In this document: positions 1 to 7,806 of the stretch, piece by piece | Numbering within the stretch: position 1 is the first letter of the stretch | How the letters are laid out: each line of letters opens with the position of its first letter | Source of the DNA: Desulfotalea psychrophila LSv54 | Lineage (GTDB): Bacteria; Desulfobacterota; Desulfobulbia; Desulfobulbales; Desulfocapsaceae | DNA length: 32,000 nt | Assembly (NCBI RefSeq): GCF_000025945.1 | Contig: NC_006138.1 | Location: 450,001 to 482,000, forward strand | Reading direction: 5' to 3' | Position numbers and translations under genes: made by a program | The notes under the pieces: model-generated | What the model was told of the DNA's origin: nothing | The model's database searches: none | The model's input: only the letters and a program-made list of their open reading frames with translations

Positions 1-2054
1 CAGTTCGCCTCAATTATACCTCTCTTCCTGAGAACCTCTACAATCACGGTGGCCAGCTCTTCCTTTGCCATGTTATTAAGCTCATCAAACGCACATCGAG
101 TATGTCCGTCCAGATCTTTCTCTTTAAAATTCAAACTTACCACCCTCTGTTTTTCAGCTTTTTGATTGAACGGCTCATTGTTCTGAACAAAAAGCAAGGC
201 GCCCAAAAAAGGATTCTCTGCTGTCTCAAGCGTATTGGTAAACTTAGCCTGAACTTGCAAGCTCCCTGTGTTATAGGCAGTCAGCAAGATTGAATAGTCA
301 AAACTCCGCTCGTTGCGCTGGTTATCCTCCAAGAGAGCTGTGAAAATCCCAGAAAACCCCGCCATTTTACGAGCAAGGCCTTTCTTGGTGTTGAGTTGCG
401 AAAGTGGCAAGCCTTCTACATCACGCCCTTGCACGGATTGTAGCTTAGTTGCCAGAGCACTTTTCCCCGCAGCAGGAGCTCCATATAGTGACAGGAAAGG
501 AAAAAAATTCTCACGCGCTTTGATCTGGTTGACAAACCAACTGGCCAGAGTCCACGAAAAAGCCATGGCGCCATTGGCCCCCCATGCAGCATAGAAAAGG
601 CTATAAATCCTCCCCACGTCGACAGAACGCCCGACAAGAGGGGTTATAGCTTTATCTCCTGCTTGTGGTGCTGGACTTAACATTGAACTATGGTCTAAGC
701 GAAAGAGCCCCCTCCTGTCCTTCTGCAAAAGCCTTCCTTTGGGGTCGATGGCGAAACTGTCAAAAACATACCAATTGGTTTGCGGATCGTAACCAGCAAC
801 GGGGATCTGCCGAACCTCAGGAGCCTTACTGGTTGCTATCATCGTTGCAAGTGCCGTTATAGCATTATTCTTACCTTCAAAATTAACCTTGGCACTACTC
901 AGCAAAAAAGCACCAAAATCACGCCCTGCTGCTAGCGTCTTACCCGAAGCAACACAATCCACAGGCCGACCGGCCAAAGGTGTTACACGAAGCTGATAGA
1001 GGTATTCCCTCTGCTTTTGATTGCCTATATTGATGAAAGAAACTACATCAATAACAAACAACCCCACACGCTCGGTCTTTGCTTGGGTAGCTTCTCCACG
1101 TATTCGCACCTCGCTGTACCAGGTACAACCATCGAAAACAAATAGCCCCGCTGCATTCCCAAAATATTCATAATATAATTTACCGTAATGATGGGCTGAT
1201 TCAGCAAGAGAAAGATTCGCATTGCACCTATAGCCCTGTTCATTCTCTTTAAAAAGCTGTTCTCCCTCGCCTCTTGCACGTTGCAAAATATCATTCCAAT
1301 CTAGCCCTTCGGGTGGCATGATTGCTTGTGCAGCCGAAAAAGCGCCAAGATATTTTTTGGTAGCCAGTGTTCCTGCCTTGTCATTATCAAAAGCACAGAT
1401 CAATTGATACTTCTCCAAACCCTCAAGCTTGGCAGGATCTTGCCCCGATGACAAAACAGCTATTGCCTGTACTTCCATCTGAAGAAGGCTTAACGCGTCA
1501 ATAATTCCTTCAACAACCGCCACTGGTCGCGATGCTTCAAGCGGCCTTGCAGGATGCGTCCACCATAGCCCCGAGGTAGAGCCGTTGTTATGAGTCTTCC
1601 CTTCACCCTGAGGGGGATTAAAAAGCCTGCCATTGTAGACATCTTTACCTTGAGAGTCTTTCCCCACGGGAAACATCACAGCCCCCGTTTTAAGCCCCTG
1701 CCTAGTGTTCTTCCAGTATCTAAAGTCAAGCCCTTCCAAAACGGCAGCCGACAGACCACGCCCCTTCAAGTATTCACGGGCTGGTTTATGCGGATCACTC
1801 TTAGTGGGCTTGTACTCCTGCTCAATATCAAAGGTGATATTAAACAGATCACGGGTTTTCGTTTTGGCTCCACAGCTATTGGCACGATTGCAATTAATCG
1901 AATAGGGTTCCTGCTGCACAGCCCATGCGGTCTTGTCTCCACACACTGGGCAAACAAGATTAGCAATAGTTCGTCCATTCTCTTTGGTGCGGGCAGAGCA
2001 ATATTCCGATGCTTTAAGTGCTTGGTAGCACTTTTCTGCAAGTTTATTTTTCAT
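1..2054 (-). CDS. Replication protein of the integrated element: a zinc-finger/TOPRIM primase domain fused to a P-loop NTPase (helicase-like) domain. The 3' end is cut by the window edge.
   Basis: My hand translation of the minus strand from the ATG at 2054 stays open to position 1, about 684 codons with no stop. The frame is also open upstream to a GTG at 2183. It is missing from the supplied ORF track, presumably because it has no in-window stop. Motifs read directly: CPVCGDKTAW...NCNRANSCG (zinc finger), VAVVEGIIDALSL and CAFDNDKAGT (TOPRIM acidic motifs), LYGAPAAGKSAL (Walker A). Confidence 0.8.
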   Translation of the reverse strand, partial: MKNKLAEKCYQALKASEYCSARTKENGRTIANLVCPVCGDKTAWAVQQEPYSINCNRANSCGAKTKTRDLFNITFDIEQEYKPTKSDPHKPAREYLKGRGLSAAVLEGLDFRYWKNTRQGLKTGAVMFPVGKDSQGKDVYNGRLFNPPQGEGKTHNNGSTSGLWWTHPARPLEASRPVAVVEGIIDALSLLQMEVQAIAVLSSGQDPAKLEGLEKYQLICAFDNDKAGTLATKKYLGAFSAAQAIMPPEGLDWNDILQRARGEGEQLFKENEQGYRCNANLSLAESAHHYGKLYYEYFGNAAGLFVFDGCTWYSEVRIRGEATQAKTERVGLFVIDVVSFINIGNQKQREYLYQLRVTPLAGRPVDCVASGKTLAAGRDFGAFLLSSAKVNFEGKNNAITALATMIATSKAPEVRQIPVAGYDPQTNWYVFDSFAIDPKGRLLQKDRRGLFRLDHSSMLSPAPQAGDKAITPLVGRSVDVGRIYSLFYAAWGANGAMAFSWTLASWFVNQIKARENFFPFLSLYGAPAAGKSALATKLQSVQGRDVEGLPLSQLNTKKGLARKMAGFSGIFTALLEDNQRNERSFDYSILLTAYNTGSLQVQAKFTNTLETAENPFLGALLFVQNNEPFNQKAEKQRVVSLNFKEKDLDGHTRCAFDELNNMAKEELATVIVEVLRKRGIIEAN

Positions 2055-2151
2055 AGGTTTTTCTACTTGTGTCTGATGGGAAAGACCTATAGATTTGCTA
2101 GTGAGTCCTTCTATAGGTCTTGTAGTGGATGATCCTGCTACTGCAACTCGG

Positions 2152-2649
2152 TTATGTGGTTGGCGCCTCCGGCCGAGTTGCACCTTCTACAACATCAAGC
2201 CACTCCACTTCATAGTTAGTAACCGTTGCTTGGGCTTTTCTATTTAAGACTCCCTCCTCACCATCTTCAAAAAAAGCAATAACAGATAAGGTTCCACTCC
2301 CTTCAACCTTCCCAAACAAGGCAAAGGGTAAACTTTCACATGAATCTTCATCAAGTCGTTCTTCTCTGCAAGCAATAGGCAACCGGCAACCTCTAAGAAT
2401 TTTCAGATCACAAGGCAGAGACTCGTTTTTAATGTTGGGTGAAATTTGGAGGGCACGTGCGACCTCTTCCAGTGCTTCGAAATAGACAACTGTTTCTGCC
2501 AATCGCTTAGGTGAATCATCAAGCCATGTCTTCACACCATCGTAACGACAGGGAGTGACAACCCGATTTGAACCATTGAGGTGTAGTTTGATTATTTCTT
2601 TATAACCTTGAGGAACTTGCTCAGAAATGACTTTTACGAATGCTTCCAT
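2152..2649 (-). CDS. Hypothetical protein of the island (165 aa from MEAFVKVISEQ...)
   Basis: Track ORF 2152..2721. The likely true start is the ATG at 2649, which overlaps the alpA stop as TAATG and sits behind a GGAGGTG Shine-Dalgarno. I recognise no motif. Confidence 0.55.
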   Translation of the reverse strand: MEAFVKVISEQVPQGYKEIIKLHLNGSNRVVTPCRYDGVKTWLDDSPKRLAETVVYFEALEEVARALQISPNIKNESLPCDLKILRGCRLPIACREERLDEDSCESLPFALFGKVEGSGTLSVIAFFEDGEEGVLNRKAQATVTNYEVEWLDVVEGATRPEAPTT

Positions 2650-2921
2650 TACGCCACCTCCACATGCTGCTGTATAAATGGACGTCCTTCTAAAAAAGCA
2701 AGAATGTCTTGAAGTCGCCAAGCGACAGCACGACCTCCCATCTTCTGAGCTTTAGGAAAGGACTGATTTGCCATTTTTGCATAGATCGAGGCCGTACTGT
2801 AACCTGTGAGGGTTTTTACTTCTGGGAGGCGTATACGTCTTTCTGGGTGGTTAAGAATATCTGGGCTTACTGCGTGGGATGGTGCGGTTGTCTTTTGATT
2901 CATGCTTTCACCTTTTGACAA
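2649..2921 (-). CDS. alpA: AlpA-family phage/island transcriptional regulator (small HTH, excisionase-like)
   Basis: This 90-aa ORF contains RIRLPEVKTLTGYSTASIYAKMANQSFPKAQKMGGRAVAWRLQDILAFL. That matches the AlpA/Prophage CP4-57 regulatory family pattern. Its position between an integrase and a primase is typical. The start could be 2921 or the ATG at 2903. Confidence 0.8.
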   Translation of the reverse strand: MSKGESMNQKTTAPSHAVSPDILNHPERRIRLPEVKTLTGYSTASIYAKMANQSFPKAQKMGGRAVAWRLQDILAFLEGRPFIQQHVEVA

Positions 2922-3039
2922 TGGTTGAGGTAAAAGGCACTTGTATATTTTACTGTGCCTGTTTGTAGCTCTTTGGTTTTACTGAGCTTTCAAACACGTT
3001 ACAGCAAGTTCTTTCTTTAGAAAAATAGCAACTATTAAG

Positions 3040-3075
3040 ACTTACATGGCAAGTATCTAGACTTGCCCAGTAAGT
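3040..3075. repeat. 36-bp imperfect palindrome ACTTAC-at-GGCAAGT-atctag-ACTTGCC-ca-GTAAGT
   Basis: Read directly: 6+7 bp arms with a 2-nt internal mismatch and a 6-nt loop. It lies about 30 nt downstream of the 3104 stop and upstream of alpA. It could be a hairpin terminator or an operator. There is no clean U-tract. Confidence 0.5.
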
Positions 3076-3103
3076 GTCAACACTCACCGCCCTTATCACG
3101 TTC

Positions 3104-4039
3104 TTATTTACGCTTTAAATCTTTGGGAACACGACCTTTTTTTTCTATATTGTAATTACAAATAAGCATCTTTATTATTATGTCTGAGCTATAAGGATGA
3201 ATCTTTTCTACTTTTTTATTGCCCTTGTTTTCGGTGTTATAATCCGTTACTAGACGCACTATTTCTGTTGCTAACTCTCCCGGATACTTCCCTTCATACC
3301 CCACAAAATCCTTTTTTTTGTTATGACGATCAATGAGCTCTAGCGTAGGCATGTGATCTTTTTTTGTATTTTCTTTTCTAGCTTCTGTAGCCTTTCTAAT
3401 GCTAGCCTCTTTTCTTATTTTTTCAGCAGCAGACTCTATCCTTGCGCTGAAAAGATCTACGTTCTTATGGGTATGAACAGAGAATATTTGAAGTAAACAA
3501 AGCATTTTTTGATGAAGCAGAAGCTCGCTCCCATTGGTTTCCTGAGCGCGCGTGGTACGTAATTGAAACCAAGCCAATAACACAACCCCTAATGGAACAA
3601 ACAATTCTACGGTGTTTTTTTCAAAATTAATTCTGCCACTTATGACATGACGCAAAATGCTCACCAATATATGTGGATGGACGATAGAATCTTGTGATGA
3701 GTCAAAATTTTCTTCAGGAATAATCTTCGCTAGAGAAGCCATGGCCATAATATCAAGCTCGTTTAATTTTTCTTCTTCTTTTTCCAGACTTCCCCAAATT
3801 TTATGAAATGTAGCTATTGAATTTATCTCTACATCAGAACAGTGTCCAGAGAGAGCTAGTCGCCCATTATTAGACAAAAGAGTATTACACTTAAAATCGA
3901 TGTTATCTAACAAGGTCTCTTTAATTGTTTGAAAGCAATGGCTATCAAAACCTACCCACAGGCTCTTGTTATTCTTATTCTTATTACAGTTTACGCTTTC
4001 AGAAAATAGCGTAATAACATCCTCTTGATTATACTTCAT
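3104..4039 (-). CDS. Orphan hypothetical protein (311 aa from MKYNQEDVITLF...), AT-rich cargo gene between int and alpA
   Basis: Track ORF 3104..4096. The first 19 codons would overlap the integrase 3' end, so the ATG at 4039 is the more likely start. Local GC is far lower than its neighbours: several 60-nt lines are 25-35% GC, against about 55-60% in the core genes. The protein is Lys/Asn/Glu-rich and I recognise no catalytic motif. Confidence 0.6.
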   Translation of the reverse strand: MKYNQEDVITLFSESVNCNKNKNNKSLWVGFDSHCFQTIKETLLDNIDFKCNTLLSNNGRLALSGHCSDVEINSIATFHKIWGSLEKEEEKLNELDIMAMASLAKIIPEENFDSSQDSIVHPHILVSILRHVISGRINFEKNTVELFVPLGVVLLAWFQLRTTRAQETNGSELLLHQKMLCLLQIFSVHTHKNVDLFSARIESAAEKIRKEASIRKATEARKENTKKDHMPTLELIDRHNKKKDFVGYEGKYPGELATEIVRLVTDYNTENKGNKKVEKIHPYSSDIIIKMLICNYNIEKKGRVPKDLKRK

Positions 4040-4056
4040 GCCTTGTCTAGCCTCTG

Positions 4057-5256
4057 TTATTGGTTTTCTAGCCGATGGAGTTTCTCCCCCCACCACTGCA
4101 AAAGCTCTCTTCTTTGCTCTAGATATTCCGCTCGATTATAGGCCCCTTTCACCTTATTTTTTTCTTCGTGAGCAAGGGATTTCTCTATTACTTCACTGGC
4201 AAAGCCCGATTGCTCATGGGCCATGGAAGAAAATGAAGAACGAAAACCATGCGGGGTGGCCTTACCTCTATAGCCCATATCTCGAAAAGCCTTTCCCATA
4301 GCGTTATCAGACATAGGTTTGCTCCTATCTCTAATACTGGGAAAGACAAAACCATCCTCTCCCCACAGGGCTCCTGCACGGTGAAGAATAGCAAGGGCTT
4401 GTATTGACAGAGGTACTATATGGGCTCGCCTCATCTTCATGCGTTCGGCCGGTATATGCCACTCATTGGTATCAAGATTGACCTCTTGCCAACGGGCATT
4501 ACGAACCTCGCCACCACGACAAGCTGTGAGGGCTGTAAATTGAATAGCCAGCTTCGTTGTCACGTGGATTTTCTGATTAGAGGAGATATCTTGCAGGAGT
4601 TGTGCTAATTCAGAATCAAAAACTGCTGGCATGTGCTCAACTGTTTTTGCTTTTAAAGCGCCCTGCATATCAGCAGCAGGATTATAGGTGGCCCGACCTG
4701 TTTGGATTGCGTAACGGAAAACAGCATTAGTGCGTTGTAAAACTTTACGGACGATCTCAAGAGATCCTCTATTTTCTATGGCTCTGATTGTCCTTAGAAC
4801 ATCAGGAGGGGTTATCGTATCAACAGGAGTATTGCCAAAAGCTGAAAACACGTTGTTCCGTAGTGAGGCAAGAACAGCTTGTTGGTGGCTTGGAGACCAG
4901 CTCTCCTTGTTATTCTCGATCCACTCTAGGGCGATATACTCAAAAGATTTTGAACGATCGTCCCGCTCTGCCTTCTCTTTGGATATCACTTCCTGCTTTT
5001 TTCTGCGTCTTTCTCTAGCTGGGTTGCAACCTTCCCGAACTAAGGCCCGAGCCTCTCTATGAATTTTTCTCGCTTGCTCTAAGGACAATTCAGGATAGCG
5101 ACCTAATACACACATCTGCTGCTTATCATCCAGCCGATAACGATACAGCCACCGCTTTACCCCTGACTTCGTCACCTCAAAAGACAAGCCCAAACCATCT
5201 GATAAACGACAAGGATCTTTCGCATTTCTTACTTGCAAAGCTTTAAGAGTAGGCAC
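4057..5256 (-). CDS. int: Tyrosine recombinase/integrase, P4-like (DUF4102 N-terminal arm-binding domain plus catalytic domain)
   Basis: 399 aa with a GTG start behind GGAG. The N-terminus LSDGLGLSFEVTKSGVKRWLYRYRLDDKQQMCVLGRYPELSLEQAR is typical of P4-type integrases. Catalytic elements are present: ACRGGEVRNARW, HGFRSSFSS and LAHEEKNKVKGAYNRAEY. The gene lies next to a tRNA 3' end. Confidence 0.92.
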   Translation of the reverse strand: MPTLKALQVRNAKDPCRLSDGLGLSFEVTKSGVKRWLYRYRLDDKQQMCVLGRYPELSLEQARKIHREARALVREGCNPARERRRKKQEVISKEKAERDDRSKSFEYIALEWIENNKESWSPSHQQAVLASLRNNVFSAFGNTPVDTITPPDVLRTIRAIENRGSLEIVRKVLQRTNAVFRYAIQTGRATYNPAADMQGALKAKTVEHMPAVFDSELAQLLQDISSNQKIHVTTKLAIQFTALTACRGGEVRNARWQEVNLDTNEWHIPAERMKMRRAHIVPLSIQALAILHRAGALWGEDGFVFPSIRDRSKPMSDNAMGKAFRDMGYRGKATPHGFRSSFSSMAHEQSGFASEVIEKSLAHEEKNKVKGAYNRAEYLEQRRELLQWWGEKLHRLENQ

Positions 5257-5269
5257 TGAATAAACTCCG

Positions 5270-5326
5270 TGTGTATATTTCAGGAACTAGTTTGTGTATC
5301 GAACAAAATATACACACTAATACACA
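5270..5326. promoter_or_regulatory. Four copies of the heptamer TGTGTAT/ATACACA around the predicted int promoter and RBS
   Basis: TGTGTAT occurs at 5270-5276 and 5293-5299. The inverted form ATACACA occurs at 5310-5316 and 5320-5326. GTGTGTATAT (5269-5278) and ATATACACAC (5308-5317) form a perfect 10-bp inverted repeat. On the minus strand, TTGCAC-18 nt-TATATT lies among the copies. Confidence 0.45.
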
Positions 5327-5381
5327 CAACGTGCAAGAGATTTTACGAGAAGTAATAAGAAGGGAATAGAACGAAAAGGCA

Positions 5382-5415
5382 TAAAAAAAGCCCCAAACCA
5401 TTAAGATTTGGGGCT
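5382..5415 (-). terminator. Rho-independent terminator downstream of tRNA-Leu
   Basis: The stem AGCCCCAAA (5389-5397) pairs with TTTGGGGCT (5407-5415) across a 9-nt loop. On the minus strand it is followed by a run of 8 T (the plus-strand A-run at 5382-5389). Confidence 0.7.
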
Positions 5416-5451
5416 AAAATAGACTTTACTAGAAGCCTATGAAATGTCAAA

Positions 5452-5538
5452 TGGTGCCGGAGGTCGGAATCGAACCGACACGGGGTTACCCCCGCGGGAT
5501 TTTGAATCCCGTGCGTCTACCTATTTCACCACTCCGGC
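5452..5538 (-). tRNA. tRNA-Leu, anticodon CAA, type II with a long variable arm and encoded CCA
   Basis: The reverse complement reads GCCGGAG-TG-GTGAAATAGGTAGACGC-A-CGGGA-TTCAAAA-TCCCG-CGGGGGTAACCCCGTG-TCGG-TTCGATT-CCGA-CCTCCGGC-ACCA. The acceptor stem is 7 bp, the anticodon loop is TTCAAAA, and the T-loop is TTCGATT. Confidence 0.93.
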
Positions 5539-5547
5539 ATGCCCATC

Positions 5548-5577
5548 TATATACTGCATTATACAGAGAATCGTCAA
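5548..5577 (-). promoter_or_regulatory. Candidate sigma-70-type promoter for tRNA-Leu
   Basis: On the minus strand: TTGACG (5577-5572), an 18-nt spacer, then TATATA (5553-5548). The -10 element ends about 9 nt before the mature tRNA 5' end. Confidence 0.4.
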
Positions 5578-5628
5578 GGGTAAAGCTCGCACTACAGGAG
5601 AAAATATCCGTATGCAGGCAAAAGTCAC

Positions 5629-6198
5629 CTAAAAACTAGTGCTGGTCTCCAAAAAAACTGAGCGGAGATTATAAAAGTAGACCACCGCTGACCAAACGGA
5701 AAGAACCATGGAGACATAGAGCAAGAAGGTTCCCGTCTCGTACTGGTAGGGAAAGGGCACTACATTCAAGGGAAATATCAACAGGCCGATGCCGAAATAC
5801 TGCATGGTGCTCTTATACTTGCCGATCTGCCCCGCCGCCACCACCTTGCCGGTGGTCGCTGCCAGACCACGAAAGCCGGTGACAATGATTTCTCGACAGA
5901 TGATAAGAAGACAAACCCAGGCAGCCACCTTACCCAGAGGGATGAGCATAATGAGCCCGGTGCTGACCAGAACCTTATCAGCCAGTGGGTCCATCAGTTT
6001 ACCCAAGACCGTTTCAATTTTATAACGGCGAGCCACCCAGCCATCAACAAAGTCGGTCACTGCGGCCACAAAGAAGACAAACCAAGCCCAAAATTCCACC
6101 CAGGTGTTTTGCTCAAGGGAGAGCAGAACAACAAGAACTGGAACGAGGGCAAAACGAAATCCCGTAAGGATGTTTGGAACCGTAAGCACCTGCTTCAT
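5629..6198 (-). CDS. pgsA: CDP-diacylglycerol--glycerol-3-phosphate 3-phosphatidyltransferase
   Basis: 189-aa polytopic membrane protein carrying the CDP-alcohol phosphatidyltransferase motif DGWVARRYKIETVLGKLMDPLADKV. Confidence 0.88.
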   Translation of the reverse strand: MKQVLTVPNILTGFRFALVPVLVVLLSLEQNTWVEFWAWFVFFVAAVTDFVDGWVARRYKIETVLGKLMDPLADKVLVSTGLIMLIPLGKVAAWVCLLIICREIIVTGFRGLAATTGKVVAAGQIGKYKSTMQYFGIGLLIFPLNVVPFPYQYETGTFLLYVSMVLSVWSAVVYFYNLRSVFLETSTSF

Positions 6199-6242
6199 AA
6201 CATATCAACCCAATGCAATAATCTATATTTAATACCAGTGAA

Positions 6243-6851
6243 TTACTTCTTATCCTGAGCCTTATACAACCTATAATAGCGCATTACCTTTTTAACATAG
6301 GCAGGGGTCTCCCTGTTCTGAGGAACAGCACCAAGACGCCTGACGAGATTAGGCCCTGCATTATAGGCGGCAAGACTCAATATCACATCTCCATCAAACC
6401 TGTCAAGTTGCCTGCGAAAATACCGTGTTCCTCCTGCTATATTTTCTCCCGGGTCAAAGGGATTTTTAACCCCAAGATCCTTGGCCGTTCCGGGCATAAG
6501 CTGCATCAAGCCCTGAGCACCCTTAGAGGAGACTGCCCGACGGTCAAAATTAGACTCTACCCGAATCATGGCCCTGATAAAATTTTCATCCACCCGATAA
6601 CGCCTGCTTGCCCGCCTTATATGACTACTATAGCTGGCAGGATCAGTCCAGAGATACGTCTCTTTTGCCGAGGGGATTACAGTTTGTTTCTTGAACTGCA
6701 GGGGAACACAGCTCGCAAGCAGAGGCAGATTGGTATAGCTTAGGCCTGAAGCATCCCGGCAGACATACATAGCTGCAGAACAGGGGAGCGGCTGCAAGAC
6801 GATAAGCAGAAGAAAAAGGAGCTGTTTAAGAGGCCCAGTCCCACACTTCAT
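6243..6851 (-). CDS. Lytic transglycosylase (SLT-domain) protein with a signal peptide
   Basis: The N-terminus is hydrophobic. The SLT core is present: MIRVESNFDRRAVSSKGAQGLMQLMPGTA ... AAYNAGP. Confidence 0.85.
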   Translation of the reverse strand: MKCGTGPLKQLLFLLLIVLQPLPCSAAMYVCRDASGLSYTNLPLLASCVPLQFKKQTVIPSAKETYLWTDPASYSSHIRRASRRYRVDENFIRAMIRVESNFDRRAVSSKGAQGLMQLMPGTAKDLGVKNPFDPGENIAGGTRYFRRQLDRFDGDVILSLAAYNAGPNLVRRLGAVPQNRETPAYVKKVMRYYRLYKAQDKK

Positions 6852-7496
6852 CTACTGGGTGCGCTTTTCCCAATCAGCCAAAAACTGCTCCATACCCTTA
6901 TCGGTGAGGGGGTGCTTGGTCAGCTGTTTAATGGTCTTAAGCGGGATTGTAGCGATATCCGCGCCCAAGAGTGCTGAATCCAATACATGCTGAGGCCCCC
7001 GCACACTGGCGACAATAACCTCACTGGCATAGCCGTAATTATCAAAGATGGTAAGAATATCGCTGATAAGATCGGCACTGTTCACCCCGATATCATCCAG
7101 ACGGCCAACAAAGGGACTCACATAGCTGGCACCTGCCTTGGCGGCCAGGAGGGCCTGATTTGCCGAAAAGATGAGGGTGACATTGGTCTTGATACCTGCG
7201 GCACTGAGTTGGCGAACGGCCTTAAGACCTTCGGCTGTCATGGGCACCTTGATAACCACCTTCTCATCAATGCTGGCCAATTTTTTTGCCTCTGCAACCA
7301 TGCCGGGGGCATCGAGGCTAATCACCTCGGCACTTACCGGGCCATCAACAATCTTACAGATCTCGGCGATGAGTTCTTCGAAGGGTAAATTTTCTCTGGC
7401 GATAAGAGATGGATTGGTGGTAACCCCATCAACAAGGCCAAGCTCAACGCCCTCTCTAATCTCATCCAGATTGGCGGTATCAATAAAAAATTTCAT
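6852..7496 (-). CDS. fsa: Short (type 3B) transaldolase/fructose-6-phosphate aldolase family enzyme
   Basis: 214 aa. [31 protein letters not shown] and VVIKVPMT (Schiff-base Lys region) are typical of the Fsa/TalC family. Sequence inspection alone cannot separate Tal from Fsa activity. Confidence 0.85.
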   Translation of the reverse strand: MKFFIDTANLDEIREGVELGLVDGVTTNPSLIARENLPFEELIAEICKIVDGPVSAEVISLDAPGMVAEAKKLASIDEKVVIKVPMTAEGLKAVRQLSAAGIKTNVTLIFSANQALLAAKAGASYVSPFVGRLDDIGVNSADLISDILTIFDNYGYASEVIVASVRGPQHVLDSALLGADIATIPLKTIKQLTKHPLTDKGMEQFLADWEKRTQ

Positions 7497-7762
7497 TCCT
7501 TCTCCTCGTGATTTTTTTCATAGATTTCACAGCACTCTTCGCTGCAAAAGTAAACTATTTCCCCATCAACCTTAGACCTCAAGGCCTGCTCCCTCGGCAG
7601 CAGCTTATGACAGACAGGATCTTCCACTAGAATATCATTTACTATAGCAGAATCAGCCTCAACCTCCGTCACATTATTTTGATGTTTTTTCACCAGAGAG
7701 GAGATCAGATAGTAGAGCAGATAGACAAGAACCGCCAAAACGAAATATCTTATAAGTATCAT
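7493..7762 (-). CDS. Small membrane-anchored YHS-domain protein
   Basis: 89 aa, with an N-terminal TM helix followed by [34 protein letters not shown] (YHS/TRASH-like Cys pattern). A 4-nt overlap (ATGA) joins it to the downstream tal/fsa gene. Confidence 0.7.
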   Translation of the reverse strand: MILIRYFVLAVLVYLLYYLISSLVKKHQNNVTEVEADSAIVNDILVEDPVCHKLLPREQALRSKVDGEIVYFCSEECCEIYEKNHEEKE

Positions 7763-7806
7763 AAATCATCCCCGTAGGGCCTCAGAAGAACACAGGCAAC
7801 TAATCT

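Larger units (their letters stand above)
1..5451. mobile_element. Partial integrated element (satellite/PICI- or P4-like genomic island) inserted next to tRNA-Leu(CAA). The left boundary is outside the window.
   Basis: Gene order is int, cargo ORF, alpA, small ORF, primase/helicase, all on the minus strand. It abuts the 3' end of a tRNA and has lower GC than the flanking core genes. No second att copy is visible in the window. Confidence 0.7.

Noticed and set aside
102-2132. Short track ORFs across 102-2132 (for example 1590..2132 +, 313..594 +, 1043..1294 -, 1766..2041 -)
   Set aside because: All lie inside, and out of frame with or antisense to, the continuous primase/helicase frame of about 684 codons on the minus strand. 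That frame explains the region.
1-5451. An attR or direct repeat of the tRNA-Leu 3' end inside the window
   Set aside because: I found no second copy of the GGAATCGAACCGAC-type segment in 1-5451. Almost all of that span is coding, so the other island boundary must lie beyond the left window edge.
5439-5639. Two overlapping plus-strand ORFs of 62-66 aa
   Set aside because: They are read across the tRNA-Leu gene and its promoter. The tRNA cloverleaf is unambiguous.
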